64,000 nucleotides of DNA, taken from Phoronis australis (Eukaryota; Animalia; Phoronida). Shown here piece by piece: positions 12,274-25,781 of the stretch (positions are counted from its first letter, which is position 1; each line of letters begins with the position of its first letter). The translations under genes and the position numbers were made by a program. The DNA lies in NCBI GenBank assembly GCA_002633005.1, contig NMRA01000570.1:184572-248571 (forward strand), in the 5' to 3' direction. A model generated the notes under the pieces. That model did not search any database and was not told the DNA's origin. It was given only the letters and a program-made list of their open reading frames with translations.

Positions 12274-13030
12274 AAACAAATCAATCTGAAATGGGGACAC
12301 TGTACTTTTGAAATGAGAACACTACACGCAGTGTTCTTCCAGCATTAAAGAAGAGCGTGGGGGAACGAAGATCTCTATATATGCCAACATTGAGGGGGAG
12401 AGACCTCTCTGTTCTTGGTCAACTCTTATTGCAAACATTTAGGTCATGGCAACATTCTGACATAGGGCACTATTCTACATCTCTGTTAATCCGTGACTTT
12501 CGGAACCAAGCCGAAAACGTCAAACTTCCCGTACGAGGGTTTATTTACACTAACTTTGGAGGTGTGCTTTAAACAGGTCCACACGAACCACCATCCTCAA
12601 AGCTTTGTACAAAGATGATTTAATTCCACTGTCTTCATGAAGTAGTGGGTAAAAATCTTGATGATGGCCACAACCCCATGTAATGATTGAAATCGCCCTA
12701 CAGGTTGGGTTTATTAGAGCAGATCATTACAGAATAAAAGTTTGAAATAATTTCGCTCATTTTGGAAACGCTTCATATGTGATATGTGTATGTATTTTTA
12801 CCAATAAAGGACTATGAATGACAAAATATGCTATTAGAATGTGAAACCTGAAATACACTGACTCTGAGTCAAACACTTTAGATAGGCAAAACATGATGGA
12901 AACCGACTTCAAAATCGGTCGAGTTTTGTCCTTCAAATTTTTGTAAGTAGCCAGCATAACTAAATTCAGCACACCCTGTGCAATCTTCATGCAAGGATGA
13001 CACTGAGAAGACAAATGAACAGTCTGTACC

Positions 13031-16000
13031 TTATAACTTGCTAATAGGGGGCGCCACCTCTCCTTGGTTGTCATGCACATTATACTCGACCCAGTCTAGG
13101 GCAATTGGAGCTGAGAGCATGGTGTCTGTTATAGCGAATGCGTCACACAGGTTGAGCGACTGTGGCGCCACCTGGCGGCATAGATCTGCAGCTGCTGCTG
13201 TCACCTGTCAACGAACAAAAGATCAAACATTAAAATATGCGAGATACAGTACAAGACAAAAGTAATCAAACAAAATAAGATTTCCCGTCATGCTGGCTAT
13301 TTCTGTTACCAACAAAAATGGCTGCTAATGACTATTTAGAAGACAAAATTCTGATTGCAGAATGGCTCAACCATATTACCATCTCTTGTGTTCATTTCCC
13401 TTCCCTATTGGTCATGAGGGAAGGTTACACTGACGAAGAATCTGGCTTCCGTCCAGCCGTCACGAGGGGAAATTCTGGGTCATTTTGTCATACTATTGGT
13501 GTGTGCTGTACAAAGCACGACCGGATGATAGATAACTGCATCTCGACAACAAAATTTTGATAACACATTAATACTTTTTGCTGGAGCTTACAGAAAAGAA
13601 CAAGAACGCCAATACTAGAGTTAACATTTGTTTGAGAAAATCATGCTAGGTTCGTGGTTCTCCTCTCATCCCATTGTATTAATAGCATATCCCAATTCAA
13701 CAATCTTGTAGCTATGATACAGCAATACACAGTTTTGGAATTTGATGCAACTCAATTCTTTTGAAATTTGATTATTCTCTATTCAATTTTTTGTTTGTCT
13801 ATTGAACTGTTTTTTTTTTCTCAAAATATGATTCATTAACTTGCCACTCCTACAAATTGTTTAATATAATAAGATCCCAAGTCTGTTTATTTGTTCAGTA
13901 TCTCAATAATATTCTTCAAAAGATACAAATAGGTCATAAGTTTGTAAAACACCCAATGGGAATTTAAAGCACTTACTGATAGACGTATTAGTTGGTGATA
14001 GACGTTTCGGACTGTCACCAATTATTCGTATCTCAGTGAGAGACTAACTTTTTCTATTTTCCCCCAACATCATAGTCAGACCACGAACATCATATTTCTT
14101 AAAAAGACAATTAATAGAAAAAAACTGGAATTATGAATCGAATCGAAATTGGGCTTGGCATATAGGTATTGAAATCGGACACTCCTGCATGGCGATTCAA
14201 TTACAATTCAATTATTCGTTTTACCTTTAGTGTATACCTCACCTGAGCCCCTGTCTCCACTGACAACATGTTGTTGGTCACCAGCCAGCCCAGGTTCTGC
14301 TCAACTGTAGTCAGAAGGTAGAGGTGCCTCAACTTGGTCAAGATATCTTGCAGTGACGGTTCAGCGCCTTCTATCGCCACGCCAAACTGGTGACTTATGA
14401 GCTGTTCTCCGTATGCCAATCCCGCCATTTGCACTAAATCGCTCTCATTGTACATCCAGGCGTCAAAAAGACCCTCTCTCCCAGCCTCCATCATCTTCAT
14501 CATCAACGTCATATACAGCATATTTTCCCTTTTCTGTAGTAGCGAATGAAGGAATTTCAAGTCGTACAGGTTTTCTTCTAGACTATCGTCGATTTCGTGT
14601 GGGCTAAATGCGGTCATACGTTCTTTGGCAACCTTCTGCATCAAGACGGAGTTGTCTCCCTCAGCTGTCATGGAAGCGTGCGATGAAGCAATAAGCTCTC
14701 CAAACCTGTTGCAGGACAGGTAGCCCTGGCCACCACACCTTTCCCGTCCAATGGCTCCTACCTGGCCAACGTTCCAGCCAGCAATGGCTTTGATGGCACA
14801 GCACATGGTTACAACCTAACAACAAAACAACTAGTGACTACTAGTATTCACAATGTTAACCTTTAGGGCGAGGAGATAATTTCAAGTCTCCGCATGCTTC
14901 TATCAGGTTGTAAAAATCCCCAGGTGAAAAATGAAGAGCAAATTTACAGTTGGCTGAAAAGAGTTGGTTTTATCTTAAATAACGCATAGCAGCACAATGA
15001 TTAAAAAAATACTAAAACCCAGTATGTTATTTATAAAATAGCTGTCAAATTTCCGAGCACTATCAGTTTCCAACTCACTGCACAAATCATAGTTGACCAT
15101 ACTGTTAAATCATTTCACCTTTTTATCCTGTTTGAAACAGCTGCAAACTACAGATTTTCATGCACAACAAATACAGTATGACAAAACCACCAAAATCTAA
15201 AATAATTTGTAAATTACGAAATTCAAACAGTTTTCAACTTTTCAGAATAAAACTTCTAAGAGAACAAGAACTCTCATAACTCATGACTTGGACAAACATT
15301 AAAGGAGCATGCCACCCAAAAAACAACCTAATTTGTATCAATTTAGATCGAGTAGTTTTACTCCATAACGACACGTACGGTTGCGTTACCTGACACCTGA
15401 CGGCAGACGGAGGTGTTGAAATTATCCAATGACGTCATCGGTTTCACACGCAGTCTGTTCAGCATTTCACAACACGGGTTACTGGTGTCAGCTTATCGCT
15501 TGAAGTCATCGTTTAACACCAATAAATCGTAAAACTTCGATGTAAAACCCTTAAAAATACACCGAGTTCTTATAAAAACGTGTTGTTTTATTTCGCTCTT
15601 ACGGATTTATTGATATTTGGACCCACCGTAGCCTACAAAGTTCGAAGGCCAATAAAGTCCGTAGCAGGAGTTTGGGGTGTGTTTGGAGATAATTTCGAAG
15701 TATTTTCCGTGAGATACAGACAGGAGAACCTAGATCTGTGTTGTTTAGATTTGTGATTTTTTGAGTTCTAAACACAAAACCCTTGTTATCCTGGCCAGTG
15801 GCTCGGAGCCCGATCAGGCCCGTCGCGACCAGCTGGATTGACTCGTTATCCCGGCCAGTGGCTCGGAAACTGATCAGACATCACGAACATAAACCAGCTA
15901 AAGCTCAGTGGAAACAACTTCCAGTCAAGAAAATACTATACTAGTGAGCCATAGTAATGTGCACGTGATTATGCTGGTGAGTTAGCCACGAAACTGCAAA

Positions 16001-19000
16001 TCTATTTACTCGTCGGGGGCCACGAATTCAGGTTCCGCTTTCACCGACAGCAGGCCGTCGAGGGCAGAAGTTGTACATTGACAATCATTCTTTGAGTAAT
16101 GTAAATGTAAATAAAGATTCCCCTAACACCTGATCGTGGGATGGAAATCGAGTTGTTTCACAACAGTTTCTGCCAGCAAACACTAAATTAGCATGAGCTC
16201 ACACGGCCTCGGTGTCCCGTCAATTAGTTTTATTGCACCTAAAGCCGGTAACGCAGTGATTTATTCATTGCTGGCTTCTTAAATCATTAGCACTCACGAA
16301 CACTCCAAAGGCATTACAAATTGCATCTAATGAGACAGACTTTGTTTCAGTTTTATACAAGTATTGGTTAGGGTGAGAATAATTCATTTTGAAACAGAAC
16401 GCTCAGTAAAATGCCAACATGGCAACTCACAATCCCGACTTAGGACGAGCTAGAGCTCGATCATCAGTCCCGACTTCGCAGGTGGATCGTTAAGTTTTAC
16501 AGGCTATCAATTCGAACAGGAATACTAGAGAAGCGCCGTGAACAAGCTCAGACAACGGAACGTATGGAGTTATTTGGTAAGCCGGCATTCGTCAGGCACT
16601 GTCGACGTCTGCAGGCCACAGACCTGGAGATGTTACACGTCCTCATACTTGCTATTTACAGCGTACATTTCATTCATCACTACCATGAGCCACTTCCTAA
16701 GCATTTCGGACTCTCGAGGAAGTAAAAAAAAACGATGTACCCGGTTTCCTCGCAGCTGCTTAGTTCGGACAAACGGGAACGATGCACCGCAATAGCGGCA
16801 TTCACTCTGCATATGAACCACTGACGTTGCTAGCATCGTTTCTCACCTTCCTCACAGGTTAACGCGACACCTCTCGGCAAGGTGAGGTCGACCGTATAAG
16901 AGGCGATGTGGATATAGACCGATTAAGACGGTAAAAAAGACTAATTAAATCGGGTGGCATTCTCCTTTAAACACACACACACACACCATGACCTCTGAAA
17001 TATTTTAATCGGCAAAAAGATTTTGTATTATATCTAGTTATTTCAGCATCAAGGAAAACTCAAAAATAAACAAAAAATGGAAAATGAGACACATCTTCAC
17101 TAACAACCACATACTCAACATTGAAAAGTCAGAGATGCTATATTACAGGGTATGACAAAAGTAATCAGACAAAATATCGCTTCCCCATCTTGACTGCTAA
17201 TTTTGCTAACAGCAAAAAGTGACTTTTAGTGACGATTAAGGCTGCAAAATTCTAAATACAGAATGGCTTAGCCATCTTGCTGACTTTCCTGTTAAATCCC
17301 TTTCATTCTTGGTCATGAGTGAGGGTTACTATGACGATGAATTTGACTTGGTTAAAGTTATTGAAAATGCCACCTACTAGATACGCTACAGCGGCTTATG
17401 ACAAGTTGGATGATTTAGATCGGAATGGGAGAAATACTTGGGTATCTTCTGTTGGACAATTGCTATAATCAAAATACGGTTTTTATGAAATTTGGTTGAA
17501 TCAAGGTGTCACATGTGAAATCTCGTTTTTAAGTATCTTCGCGTAAAGAGTTAATGACTGCTATGAGCAAGGTTGGCGATCAGAAATTGAGCATAATGCA
17601 AAACTCAAAGACTACTGTAACTTTAAGACTGACTGTTTTGAACCATATCTTAAGTTACCGCTACATAATAGTCTTATTCAAGCGTTTACTCGGTTATGTT
17701 GCTCCAACCATAGACTACAAGTAAAAGTGGGTAGAGACGAGAAAGTGGAATATTATGATAGATTATGTTTGATTTGCAATGATGGTTTCAAAGAGGATGA
17801 ATACCACTTCCTGTTGATTTGCAAGGGATATTGTGAACTTAGGTCACATCTTATGAAGGAGGTTCAACAGAAGCATCCAACTCAAGAATCCTGTATACGC
17901 CTGCTCGCTAATCCAGATATATCTGCTGTTAAATATGTGTATTCTGCCTTTAAAAGACGAGAACAGCTCTTAAATGGCTGACTGTGTGCAAATGTGCCTG
18001 ATTAATTTTTTTTGTTTATTGTCCTTTGGGCCAGAGGCCTTTAACAAAAATAAACGTACTGCATTGTATTGAATTCCACTTCCGCCCAGCTGTCACGATG
18101 GGGAACTCTGGGTCATTTTGTCTGAATATTTTTGGCGTGTACTATACCTCAGCATGCTCTGAACCATCTTCCTTCTGGAAAGCCCAGCGATCCTTCACGT
18201 AGTCGAGCCCAAAGTTGATGGCGTAGGTGGAGGCTAACAGAGGCATTAGAGCGCGCTGCTGTAGCTGGTAGTTCAAAATGGAAGTATCGGATTTACCTGT
18301 AACACAAAAATTCCTTTCAACTATTGCACAGCAGGTTAATAAGCCAAAATCACAAACTTCAATTGAAACTGGAATAACTACAGGTTACGTGTACCTCAAA
18401 CCAAAATGTTATCTTGTTATTGAAATATCAAAGCAACTAGTGACTGTCAACCCACAAAACATGTTTTTCTGAAACTAGGAGTCTAGACAAATCTATTCAT
18501 GTCATTCGCACCATTGTGGTATTCTCGTGGTCAAGACATGATGTTCCAAAGTTCGGAGTCATGCTCAAACAGCAATCGCTGAAAAACGCAATTTTTTGTT
18601 CTTGATTTATGTTCCAAACTGTATTATACAATCATATAATTTATTATACAATCACAACAGTTGCTATAATGTACTCAAGCTTCCTTCTTTAGATTAATTT
18701 CTCAAAAATAACACTAAATTTATCGAAGTGTAAAGAAGTAAATTTAGCTTATTTTAACATCAAAACTTGAAGTATATTGTCCAGTGCCGATCACACGGTT
18801 TACTGTAGGTGGAGCTAAATGTAGGTCAGCAGGTTGTCTTCGAGTGAGTTGGACATATGGTGTTCATCACACAATAATTTGCGTGAAACTGCACACAAAT
18901 ATTCAGCGGGAGTTGTGTGACAAAATATCAAAGCTTGCAGCAATTTTATGAAGTTTTTACTGAACACATAGCAGCTTTCTAATCCAGACGATCCCGCATT

Positions 19001-22000
19001 TGGTCGGTGAATTTCAGTTGCAGGCCTTTGGCCATTTCAGTACTGACTTTGACGTTGGCTGAATCAAAGAATCGAGTCGCGTATGCTGTTGACTTACAAG
19101 TGCAATTCATCTTGCATTCTGACACATATTTTCCTTCAGAGTCTGGCTTTTACGCAGAATAACAATGAATTAAATGGTCAGAACTTTGAAACAATACCAT
19201 AGACAGCTTACACACTTGGCTGAGTACGTAACTCAAAAAACAACAGGGCTTTGCAAAGTGGGAAATCTTTGGCAGATTTGATATGACCGGCAGGGAGAAC
19301 ATATACAAACCATGTGTGTTAGTGACAGAATTCCGAAAGTGGCGTTTTTCATTAGAAAACAACTATTCATATGAAATAAAATTATTTGAAATCCTCACAT
19401 ATTTTTATAAATAATTTTAAAAATAGCTTTTTTGTGAAATAGGTATACATGAATCCTTCAGTTAACTGTGGGGAATCTTGTTGTTGAAGCAATCAATGTA
19501 CTCTATTCAGTGCATGTTAAATTGTCGAATCCAAAAAAGGCTCAACCCCAAAACATGAACTCAAAGTATGGTTTTCATACATCACAGTGCTACAAGGGGC
19601 TTTAATGTGTACGAAATTATTTTATAATATCAGCAACCCCAAGTCATTTTGCTAAAACTCTGACAAGCGTTAGTGTAGATTCATCCATACGAGCTGTACA
19701 CTAACCTGTGGCGCCCACTGTGAGACGAGAGGCTGCGTACCTCAGAGACACAGACAGACCTGCCTTAGCCCCACCCTGACTCATACTGGCGATGCAGATA
19801 CGCCCGGAGAGAAGCTGGTCGGCTACAGTCAGGAAACGTCCACGGTTACTTTTGATAGATGTGGTAAAAGTACCATCAGGCGCAACATCTGAATACCTTG
19901 AGTGAATAAAGAAGTGAAATTGGTATGAAGTAGAAACGATCATGGTAAGCAGGTATATTAACTGGGGGAACAGGTAACGGGTGGGGGGGGGGGGACAGGG
20001 TTGACAGCTGATCCTAGGGTTTTAACAAAAATAGTAAAACTGTTGGAAAGCATAACTAAAATCAACACACTCTCTTAAATAGTGAAGTACAAAGGCGGCA
20101 CGTGCAATATATCATGAATATCAACAATACTGAAGCTGCCACATGGTTATATTAGCTAACGTATAAGAAGAATAAGGCTGGTATGTCTGGTATGTCTTCA
20201 AGTTTGAAAAGGAACACTAAGGCAAAATATAACTTATCTGGTTGAGACAAACTTAGTTGAATAAATCCATGGCGAGATCGGTATGAATGATTTAAAGGTA
20301 CAACCCAAAGACAATGTTTTTGGTGTTGTCTAAAAGTTTACGCTAAACCACTTAGGACACGACATGGCAAACATGTGCGATTTCGTTTTCCCACTTTTTT
20401 CCGAAAAAGCATCCAATTGATGCCCAGTCATTTGTAAGTTTTATAAAACAACTAACACCAAATAATGTTGAGAAAAATTGGGGGCTTTCACAACAATGTC
20501 TAACAGCTTAGTTTGAAAAATGAAAAAGGTAAATTTTGGCAATCAGTTTCGCCTAAATTGTTGACATTTTACAGAACTAAAAGTCTCGACTAAACCGACA
20601 AAGACCCGAACAACGTGTTAACATGTCCCCTGCTCCTCTCTAGCACATTATCCACAATGACATAAGAAGCTTACAAAAATATGCCGCACTACAGGAGCGT
20701 TGTTACCTGTTGAGAAGGTTTTCTCTAGGCACTCTGACGTTGTCAAAGAAAAGCTTAGCATTGTCCACACCATTCAAACCAATCTTGTAACTAGAAGAAC
20801 AACAGCAACTCACTACACAATGCACAAAAACTATTTTCAAGTCAATTTAAGCACTTAAAATCAGGTTAACGGTCCAAAAATAACAAAAACACTACTAAGT
20901 TTATAGAATTGCATTTTTGATTTCAACTACTCGCAAATTGGCCAACAATATTTTGGCAACAGATATCAAATCGTCGTCTTCCACACTAAGCAGTAATTTC
21001 AGAAAAATGAAACTAATCACGCCAACTTACCCCATGTCTTCCACTCTCACTCCCGGCATCACATTCAGACTGTCATCTCGGATTTTCACCAGAATACCAT
21101 GAATACCTGGAAAGGAAACCAAGTTTTAACCGTCTTTTGAAGGAATAGCCTCCACATGGATATAAAAACAGTAAAATGATCTCTCTCAGTAACGACACCA
21201 AGTCACACAGCACCTTGCTGCCACTTTCATGCATTCGCATTCAACAAGGAACAATTTTGGATTTTTTACATCCTTCATAACCCAACATTATATTTAATTA
21301 CAGACCAGAAAATCAATTTTTTAGAAACAATGATCAATGCACAAAGACTACAGTTATCTACCGAGACATGGCGCAAACAATTGTCCTCACCGTGATTTTG
21401 CCCATCAACCATCAACTGGGCAAACACGACGCAGTGCTTGGCGTGGATAGCCCCGTTAGTGATCCAGTACTTCTGGGCCAGAGTAGATGGTGTATTCACC
21501 ACAAACTCCTGAGTGTCCTTATCATACGTAGCAGTAGTTTCCATTTCCACTGCATTGTTACCATAGCCCAACTCAGTCAAGCCAAAACAGCCGATATCAT
21601 CCAGTGTGTCAATGCCTGAAGAATAAAAAAAAACAATAAAATGATCAACAATCTCGGAAGCATCGGTGCTAGTCTCATACAGGAGTCCCGCATTTTCAGA
21701 ATCAAGTTTTGTGCCCGCTGTTCATTTGAGAAAACTGGTTCTCAAAATGCAAGATTCCAGTGAATGACTATTACCGAAGTATCTCAAATGCCAAAAATTA
21801 AAATTTTGTTGATGTCAAAATACCTGACCAACCATGTACTTCGTTTCGTTGATAAATAAAACAAAATTTGACTTCACTAGGTTATGGGAGGTCACCCGAT
21901 GCAATATACCTTTAGGTCAAAACCCCATTAGATTGTTCTGGTTTTTGCTGGTTTTGAAAACTGATACAGAAGTACAATATTTTTAGATGGTCACATTTTT

Positions 22001-22724
22001 AAAAAATACACCTGAGACGAGCAAAAGTGATGCGGGTTATTTACTCAACTTAGTTTCAAACCAATTTCAGAGCTGCTTCTACATATGTACATGCAAAGCA
22101 GTAAACACCAAAACCAAGCATGCTTATTTGGCCTTGCCATCAAAAATCATTTGTGACCATTGTCAACTTTACATAGCATCACTAAGCAACGGTACCTTTA
22201 AGCAGTTTTCCGTGATGCCGTTCGGTTCCAAGTTTCAAAATGGTCCCACCGAATAAGTTAAACTGGACCGTCATTTTGGTAGCCATGGCAGGATCGATGA
22301 TTCCAGCGAGCTCATGAGCAGCGAATATGCGCAGAGGATTGTTCCTGAAGTCCAGAACTGATATGAACCCAGCATCACAGATCCGCTGCAATCGCTGCAG
22401 AGCAATCTCTCTTTCCTCAGCCAAAGAAATGTTGTACCGCGGAATCATGACAGGGTCGCTAACAAAGTTGCGAAACTCTTCACGCATTTCGTGATTGTCG
22501 TGATCCAGCAATTTGGTCATTTCGTTGACGTTGAACGAGGGTGGCTCCCTTACTTTCCGCAATGACATAGGCTGCAGCTTCTGTTTCACAGCACCATCTC
22601 CGACAGCGTACGACACGGTGGCATTGTAGCGGTTCGCCACATGGTGAACTGATGGCAGTACAGAGCTGGTCTTCATAACGGACAGGACGCGACTGGCACG
22701 GGACAACAGTCTTGTTGTCATCAT
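13031..22724 (-). CDS. ACOX: Acyl-CoA oxidase paralog A (~666 aa), C-terminal PTS1 -SKL, presequence-like N-terminus
   Basis: Exons (minus) 22724-22196, 21615-21391, 21106-21031, 20790-20707, 19896-19706, 18296-18148, 14815-14243, 13204-13031; 2001 nt in frame, GT/AG. Motifs [57 protein letters not shown] (catalytic Glu); ends APPISKL*. Confidence 0.93.
13280..13490 (+). repeat. Dispersed repeat; second copy at ~17178-17349 + ~18076-18122 interrupted by a LINE fragment
   Basis: Shared caaaattct..cagaatggct, ttggtcatgag..ggttac..tgacga.gaat, cttccg.ccagc.gtcacga, tctgggtcattttgtc. Confidence 0.7.
15303..16966 (-). mobile_element. Non-autonomous Kolobok-type DNA transposon (TTAA TSD) with degenerate THAP-like remnant
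   Basis: 15-bp TIRs AGGAGCATGCCACCC / GGGTGGCATTCTCCT (1 mismatch), TTAA at 15299-15302 and 16967-16970; ORF 16633-16836(-) CRYC...[17 protein letters not shown] resembles a THAP N-terminus. Superfamily inferred from AG termini + TTAA + THAP. Confidence 0.8.
17350..18072 (+). mobile_element. 5'-truncated non-LTR retrotransposon (LINE) 3' end, RTE-X-like
   Basis: Disrupted ORF ending [11 protein letters not shown]...[24 protein letters not shown] (C-terminal CCHC motif), then AATAAA and short (TATTG)-like tail; clade assignment is tentative. Confidence 0.78.
21671..21769. mobile_element. Small foldback/MITE-like inverted repeat in ACOX-A intron
   Basis: agtc..ggagtcccgcattttcagaatcaagtttt pairs imperfectly with aaaactggttctcaaaatgcaagattcc..gact. 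Confidence 0.5.
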
Positions 22725-24261
22725 ACTGCTGGAATGGAGCAGAACAGGACTTACTAACAAAGGTTGCCAGACATACTGTCACATACAATAACTCACAGGC
22801 TGAAGCCCATCATCGGCTAAACACAAACTTCCTATATTCAAAACTGAAAATGTGGCCGATTTTATATTTTCATTGACCTTTAACCTTAGATTGGCTGTTA
22901 CCACATTGTGGTCATGTAATGACGCTTTCTTATTGTCCAGAAATCAGGCCTATAGGAAGAGAATCCTTATAAGAACACTTTGGGGGGATTTCTGTGAATA
23001 AGTATTAGAAGAAACAAATATATGTTGTTTTTATCTCTAATTAATGAAACAAGCATAATTACCTTATATTTACACAAACTGCACCAGAAATTTTGAATCT
23101 GGACCTTCTTTATCGCAAAACAAGATTACAAACCAGAATCTCAAGACCAAACGCCCATCCCATTTTTAATGCAATTGACATGTGCACTGCCCTTTGTAGA
23201 ACTTGTTAAACAACAATAAATTTAACTGAAAAAGTGTTGAAAATAAAAATGTTGACAATTTCCATTAATGTTTTGTTGTCTATAGTAGTAAATTGAAGAA
23301 CATACCATAATTCCAAGTACAAACTAAAACGAAGTTCTTTAACAAATTAACTGGTCAAAAAATTTTCAACTGAAAAATAGCACATACACTAGAATACAGT
23401 CAAAGAAAGAAAGGTGACAAATTTGTTGTTTTTGATTTTAGTGTCCTCTTTTTTCACACTGAAACTCTTTAAAATCAAATTTAGGTCAAATAAGTCAGAC
23501 GCTTGGTCCTTGAGGAATGAAGGAGCTTTCAAACGATCTGTGTTTTGTTCTAAGATGAGACAAAGTTTTTGAAAATGTGATTTCTAAGTGGGAGTGTTGT
23601 GCTTGAACTTGGAATTAGGCTTTATCACAAGACTGTGTATCCATGAACATGGAATTATATATTCATTACAACAATCAGAGGAAATTTGTTGTTCGGTGTA
23701 AAGAATTTTTATAATTGTTGGCCTCACAATCACCCATTTTCTTTTTTTACCGTAACTTGAGTCACAAGTTCGAAGGAATGGGTGAGTTGTTAAAAAATAT
23801 TGTTACACAAATAAAAATTGGTGGTAATTGAAAAAATCAAGGTTGATTAAAATTTAAATATTAACATGTGCTTTGCGCTAGTGCAGTGCTATTTTTATCT
23901 ACGTGGTCAACATGATTATTTGTGTGAACTTGCCAAGTTTCCTTGAATTCCCTAGTTAGTGTATACACGATCTTGAGATAGAGCGGAATGCCAACTCCTG
24001 AAGTTCAAGCGCATGTGGAGCACCTGCTCAAAATGTCAAGTTTGTGAATGTCCGAATAAGGGTACTCTCTGTATCTAGTTGTCTTGGGCTAAATATTGCA
24101 GCCTCGCGGAATAAGATTTAAAATTCATTGTCACACAAAAAGCCACAGCCCTGTAACAAAAATGCTGCAGACTCAAGTTGCCAAACGAAACTTACATAAA
24201 AATGTGGCACGTGTAACTGTGCGCAAGTTTTCTTAACTCTGACATTCAAATGACACCTTAC

Positions 24262-25000
24262 CTAGCTTTTTTGTCATGACTGTTTGAAAGAAACACAACC
24301 TGATGAATATCAAGCAAGAGAGTAGATTTAATGACATCAATTTTGTGTCAAATTTTATTTTGCCAGTTTTACACCCACATCATTCCCAACCCAAATGGCA
24401 CTCAGGTCACTAGACAGTGATCACTGTCTCTAGCTGGCCAGTAGAGACAATGAAGTTAACTCTAGTATAAGAGCTTCATACGGCAGAAGCTTTTTTGAAA
24501 ATTATACGCACGACAGGGGACATGACATCAGTTGTAACATCTGCTGCGCGCAGTATTAAAAATGGCCAGTTTCCCATTTTGGGAACTGAGCGAAGGACTA
24601 CACGGGAGTATTTGTACGTGTTGGAAGGAATTATCGACCAGTGGCGGATTTAGAGGGGGGCCAAGGGGGCCATGCCCCCCCCCTCCTAAAACTCTCCCAG
24701 ATTCCATTTGGCAGTTCGGGGGTGTGCCGTCTGATGGGCAAAATCCTCTGGCTAATACTCTGCCATGGCACCCCCTAAATAAAAATACTGGATCCGCCCC
24801 TGTCGACAGTCCCCTAAGTTAGTCCCCCTATGCGCAAAAGGTACTTATAACAACGTGACTTTGATATTTTAATCAGTGTTAGGCATAATTCGCCAATCAG
24901 CTTCCGGTGTATGAAGCGCCTATAGCCTACAGGAGCTACACCATCTTTATTAATTCAACTAGAGACACTGGGTGGTCACTGTCTACTATCAGTATCAGGT
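24262..25000. promoter_or_regulatory. Probable bidirectional promoter region of the ACOX pair
   Basis: Lies between divergent genes whose ATG exons each have a splice acceptor just upstream; minus-strand donor TAG|GTAAGG at ~24261; CCAAT (~24893) and CTTCCGG (24901) motifs. Confidence 0.45.
24639..24802 (+). mobile_element. MITE, family 1 copy b (5-bp TSD TCGAC)
   Basis: CAGTGGCGGAT...ATCCGCCCCTG; TCGAC at 24634-24638 and 24803-24807. Confidence 0.88.
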
Positions 25001-25781
25001 CACAAAATACATGTTCCTTATCACCACTGATTTAGAGAACCAGGCAATTCCCGAATCAGTGGATGAAACTGGTTACCTAAATCTGGGACCGCTATACTTT
25101 GGGATGATATCCAACCAGTGCAGTTTTTCCAAACAGACCAAAGGCAAAGCTTAATAGTTATGCTTTGGCAGCCTGCTATGCCAGACACTCATTGCCCGTC
25201 CCCCCTTACGGCGGGCCAGATACCGCACAGGGAGAATTAAGCGAGATTTATCTTAGTTTCTTAGCACCAAAGAAGACTAACTTGCGTATTTCAAACGCAG
25301 CAAATACTAGACTAACTTTAACACCTACCGATGTTCTCGTTCAGGATTATTCAACGCCTGGAAAGGGCGAGCTCTCACGAGAAAACAACTACAGCGACAC
25401 CTATTGGAATTACGTGCGGGTTAGCAATCGGTCGAAGTCCACTGCCTCTGGTTCGCAGGATCGCGGCAGAGGATGCTAGGTTACCGTGCCTAAACTGTTG
25501 AACTAAGAAGAGTGGCTAGTCAGCTGTCAAAGAAGTGTAAAGTAGGCTTTCTCGTATGAAAAATCAGAGCTAGATATAAGCAAGTTGACACTGTCTGGTG
25601 GTGACCTGTATTTTGATGTTAGTTCTTTAGCTGGCTGGCTAGCAGGTTTCTTGCCTTAACGCTAGATGGTGTTTCAGCTAACCGCACCAAAATCGTAATT
25701 TCAAAGTTAATATACCAGCTGTTGACTAAACTCTAGACAAGTTGATTTCATATGCAAACTGTGCTTATTAGAACTGGCATA

